A stretch of 24,000 bases of DNA, taken from NCBI GenBank assembly GCA_020027345.1, contig JAHRAH010000140.1, positions 1 to 24,000 of the forward strand. Direction: 5' to 3'. The notes beneath the pieces were generated by a model. It saw only the letters and a list, made by a program, of their open reading frames with translations, was not told the DNA's origin and ran no database searches. Shown one piece after another: positions 21,966 to 24,000 of the stretch. The translations under genes were made by a program, and so were the position numbers. Positions within the stretch are counted from its first letter, which is position 1; each line of letters opens with the position of its first letter. Source of the stretch: Gammaproteobacteria bacterium (GTDB taxonomy: Bacteria > Pseudomonadota > Gammaproteobacteria > Tethybacterales > Persebacteraceae).

Positions 21966-23210
21966 CTAAAAAGCGGAAAAGCCCGTTTGCGCGCGCCCCA
22001 AAATGAGCGCGTGTATGTCGCAGGTGCCTTCGTAAGTGTTCACCGATTCCAAATTAACCAAATGGCGGATGATGTGAAACGCTTCGCTGACGCCGTTTGC
22101 GCCGTGCATGTCGCGGGATTCGCGCGCGATGTTCAGCGCTTTCGCGCAGTTGTTGCGCTTGACGAGCGATATTAATTGCGGCGGGCATTTTCCCTCCCGC
22201 ATCATTCGCCCCAAGCGCAAAGCCGCCTGCAAGCCGAGCGCGATTTCCGTTTGCATATTCGCGAGTTTGTTTTGGAACAACTGCGTTTGCGCGAGGGGTT
22301 TTCCGAATTGCCGGCGGTTCATTCCGTAATCGCGCGCCGCCTGCCAGCAAAATTCCGCCGCGCCCATACTCCCCCAGCAGATGCCGTGCCGGGCGCGGTT
22401 CAGACATTCAAAAGCACCCTTTAATCCTTCCGCCGAAAGCAGCGATTCGTCGGGCGCAAAAACGCCGTCCATCAAAATCTCCCCGGTCGGGCAGGAGCGC
22501 AGCGACGCCTTTTCCGCAATCGCCGGCGCCGAAAGTCCCTTTGCGTTTTTTTCCAAAACAAAGCCGCGCGTTTCGCCGTTGTGTTCTTCGGATTTCGCCC
22601 AGACGACAAAAACATCCGCCGCCGGACTGTTGCTTATCCACATCTTTGCGCCGCTGAGTGTGTAACCGCCGCGCGTTTTTTTCGCGACCGTGCGCATTCC
22701 CGCGGGGTCGCTGCCGGCTTCGGGTTCCGTCAGGCCAAAGCAGCCGAGGGCGTCGCCGGCAATCATCGCCGGCAGCCATTTTTGTTTGAGCGATTCCGAA
22801 CCGAAAGAATAAATCGCATGCATCGCCAGCGCGGTTTGCACGGAAAATATGGAACGGTAACCGGAATCCGTGCGTTCAATTTCGCGCGCAATCAATCCGC
22901 AAGCAACAGTCCCCGCGTCCGAACCGCCAACGGATTCCGGCAGCGCCGCGCCCAAAAAACCGGCATCGCCCATCGCTTTGATAACGGTTGCCGCGTCGCC
23001 CCCGCTTTTGCAATCTTCGGCAAGGCGCGGCTGCAAAAACTTGCGCGCGAAAGCCGCAGCCGAATCGCGCGTTTGTTTTTCTTCTTCGCTGAGTTGTTCT
23101 TCCAGCGAAAAAGGATCGCGCCAGTCAAAGCGCGGCGCGCTTTGTTTTTTCGCCCGCGGCGTTGTTTGCGCGGGATGCGAATCGGCGCGCACGGTTTGCG
23201 CCGCCGTCAT
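21966..23210 (-). CDS. gcdH: Glutaryl-CoA dehydrogenase (acyl-CoA dehydrogenase family)
   Basis: Contains FDWRDPFSLEEQL, GLTEPEAGSDP, ISLVKRNNC.KAL.IAR..RDM.GANG and NLESVNTYEGT.DIHALILGRA.TG..AF. ATG 23210-23208 shares one nucleotide with the rpoC stop (TGATG). The longer track ORF overlaps rpoC and is rejected. Confidence 0.88.
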   Translation of the reverse strand: MTAAQTVRADSHPAQTTPRAKKQSAPRFDWRDPFSLEEQLSEEEKQTRDSAAAFARKFLQPRLAEDCKSGGDAATVIKAMGDAGFLGAALPESVGGSDAGTVACGLIAREIERTDSGYRSIFSVQTALAMHAIYSFGSESLKQKWLPAMIAGDALGCFGLTEPEAGSDPAGMRTVAKKTRGGYTLSGAKMWISNSPAADVFVVWAKSEEHNGETRGFVLEKNAKGLSAPAIAEKASLRSCPTGEILMDGVFAPDESLLSAEGLKGAFECLNRARHGICWGSMGAAEFCWQAARDYGMNRRQFGKPLAQTQLFQNKLANMQTEIALGLQAALRLGRMMREGKCPPQLISLVKRNNCAKALNIARESRDMHGANGVSEAFHIIRHLVNLESVNTYEGTCDIHALILGRAQTGFSAF

Positions 23211-24000
23211 CAGCCCGCGGATGCGTCGGCGGCGGGTTCGGCGGCGGGTTCGGCCGGTTCGGAAAGTTCGGCGCGCATTATTTCCTCGGCTTCTTCCGCC
23301 TGCCGCTCGTTTTCGGAAACGCGGTAATGCACATATCCCGTGCCGGCGGGTATCAGCCGCCCGACGATGATGTTTTCCTTCAAGCCGCGCAAACTGTCGC
23401 GCCGCCCGCGCACTGCGGCGTCGGTGAGAACCCGAGTCGTCTCCTGAAAGGACGCTTCGGAAATAAACGAATCGGTCTCCAAGGAGGCCTTCGTTATTCC
23501 CAAAAGCACGCGCTTGTAGCGCATTTGCTTTTTGCCGTCCTCGGCGAGTTTTGCGTTCTCTTCCAAGCATGCGACAAAGCTCATTTTGTCGCCCGGCACT
23601 TTGACCGAATCGCCGGCGTCGGTGATTTCCACCGAGCGCATCATCTGCCGCACAATCACTTCAATGTGCTTGTCGTTTATGCTCACGCCCTGCAGCCGGT
23701 ACACTTCCTGCACTTCTTTGACGATGTGCTTGACCAGCGCTTCCAGCCCGCGCATCGCCAGAATCTCGTGCGGGTTGCTGTCGCCGTCGACGATTTCCTC
23801 GCCCTTATTAACGATGCTGCCGTCCTGCACGCGAATCGTCCGCCCTTTGGAAACGAGATGCTCGTGCTCGTCGTAAAAAACAAGCGCGCGCGCGCCGCCG
23901 CTTTCTTCGCCTTCTTCCACGCGCCCGGCAATCGGCGCCCGCATCGCTTCCAATGCGACGGCCACTTCCTGCCCCTCCTGCACTTCGTCGCCTTGTTTGA
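23210..24000 (-). CDS. rpoC: DNA-directed RNA polymerase subunit beta' (3' end; gene continues beyond the window)
   Basis: Contains [53 protein letters not shown] and [20 protein letters not shown]. The reading frame is open to position 24000. The M at the track ORF start is an internal GTG. Confidence 0.93.
   Translation of the reverse strand, partial: KQGDEVQEGQEVAVALEAMRAPIAGRVEEGEESGGARALVFYDEHEHLVSKGRTIRVQDGSIVNKGEEIVDGDSNPHEILAMRGLEALVKHIVKEVQEVYRLQGVSINDKHIEVIVRQMMRSVEITDAGDSVKVPGDKMSFVACLEENAKLAEDGKKQMRYKRVLLGITKASLETDSFISEASFQETTRVLTDAAVRGRRDSLRGLKENIIVGRLIPAGTGYVHYRVSENERQAEEAEEIMRAELSEPAEPAAEPAADASAG

Noticed and set aside
20206-22006. Plus-strand ORFs 20206-21159 (317 aa) and 20708-22006 (432 aa)
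   Set aside because: They are antisense to cytochrome b561 and the CoA-transferase. Their composition is dominated by Arg/Gly/Ala/Phe, and no motifs are present.
1-24000. Replication origin or terminus inferred from the C-rich versus G-rich switch, and a Neisseria-type DNA uptake sequence
   Set aside because: The G/C third-position bias follows genes or segments rather than a single strand switch. For example lysC and cysS on the minus strand and the PhyH gene on the plus strand are all G3-rich on their sense strands. No DnaA-box cluster or dif-like site was noticed. I did not spot GCCGTCTGAA or its complement. Overrepresentation of another uptake motif cannot be judged by eye.

Overview
GC-rich, tightly packed bacterial chromosomal window. 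ApaG, a signal-peptide Lig E-type ligase, YidD, cytochrome b561 and rpe-gph suggest a proteobacterium. I call 23 protein-coding genes (one partial), one tRNA-Ser(GCU), and four interrelated families of short hairpin-forming intergenic repeats. Left part: ech-like gene, then apaG-ligase on the minus strand, then a plus-strand run of rpe, gph, an orphan ABC ATPase, serS and gltX. This run ends in a compositionally atypical two-nuclease islet (HNH protein plus PD-(D/E)xK/DUF4268-like protein) that abuts tRNA-Ser and lysC. Middle: a PhyH-family dioxygenase plus an HD-domain oxygenase-like protein (PhnY*/PhnZ-like pair), a small membrane protein, and ald overlapping a glutamine-synthetase-like ligase. 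These blocks are punctuated by ATTCCC-N8-GGGAAT repeats resembling Neisseria dRS3. Right part: a minus-strand run of rpoC (3' end), gcdH, a CoA-transferase, cytochrome b561, nadB, cysS and yidD, with several overlapping stop/start codons. The most unusual signals are: (1) a poly-C/poly-G hairpin element whose stem carries the only available start codon of both gph and gltX; (2) modular mosaic repeats joined by a CAAATTAAC junction motif; (3) the nuclease islet next to the tRNA; (4) a TRASH-like C-terminal extension on NadB; (5) two synonymous-codon regimes that switch inside genes. I saw no CRISPR array, transposase, integrase or rRNA. Many long ORFs in the supplied track are Arg/Gly/Pro-rich shadow ORFs of a GC-rich genome and are rejected. 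All homology statements come from motif recognition by eye, not from database searches.
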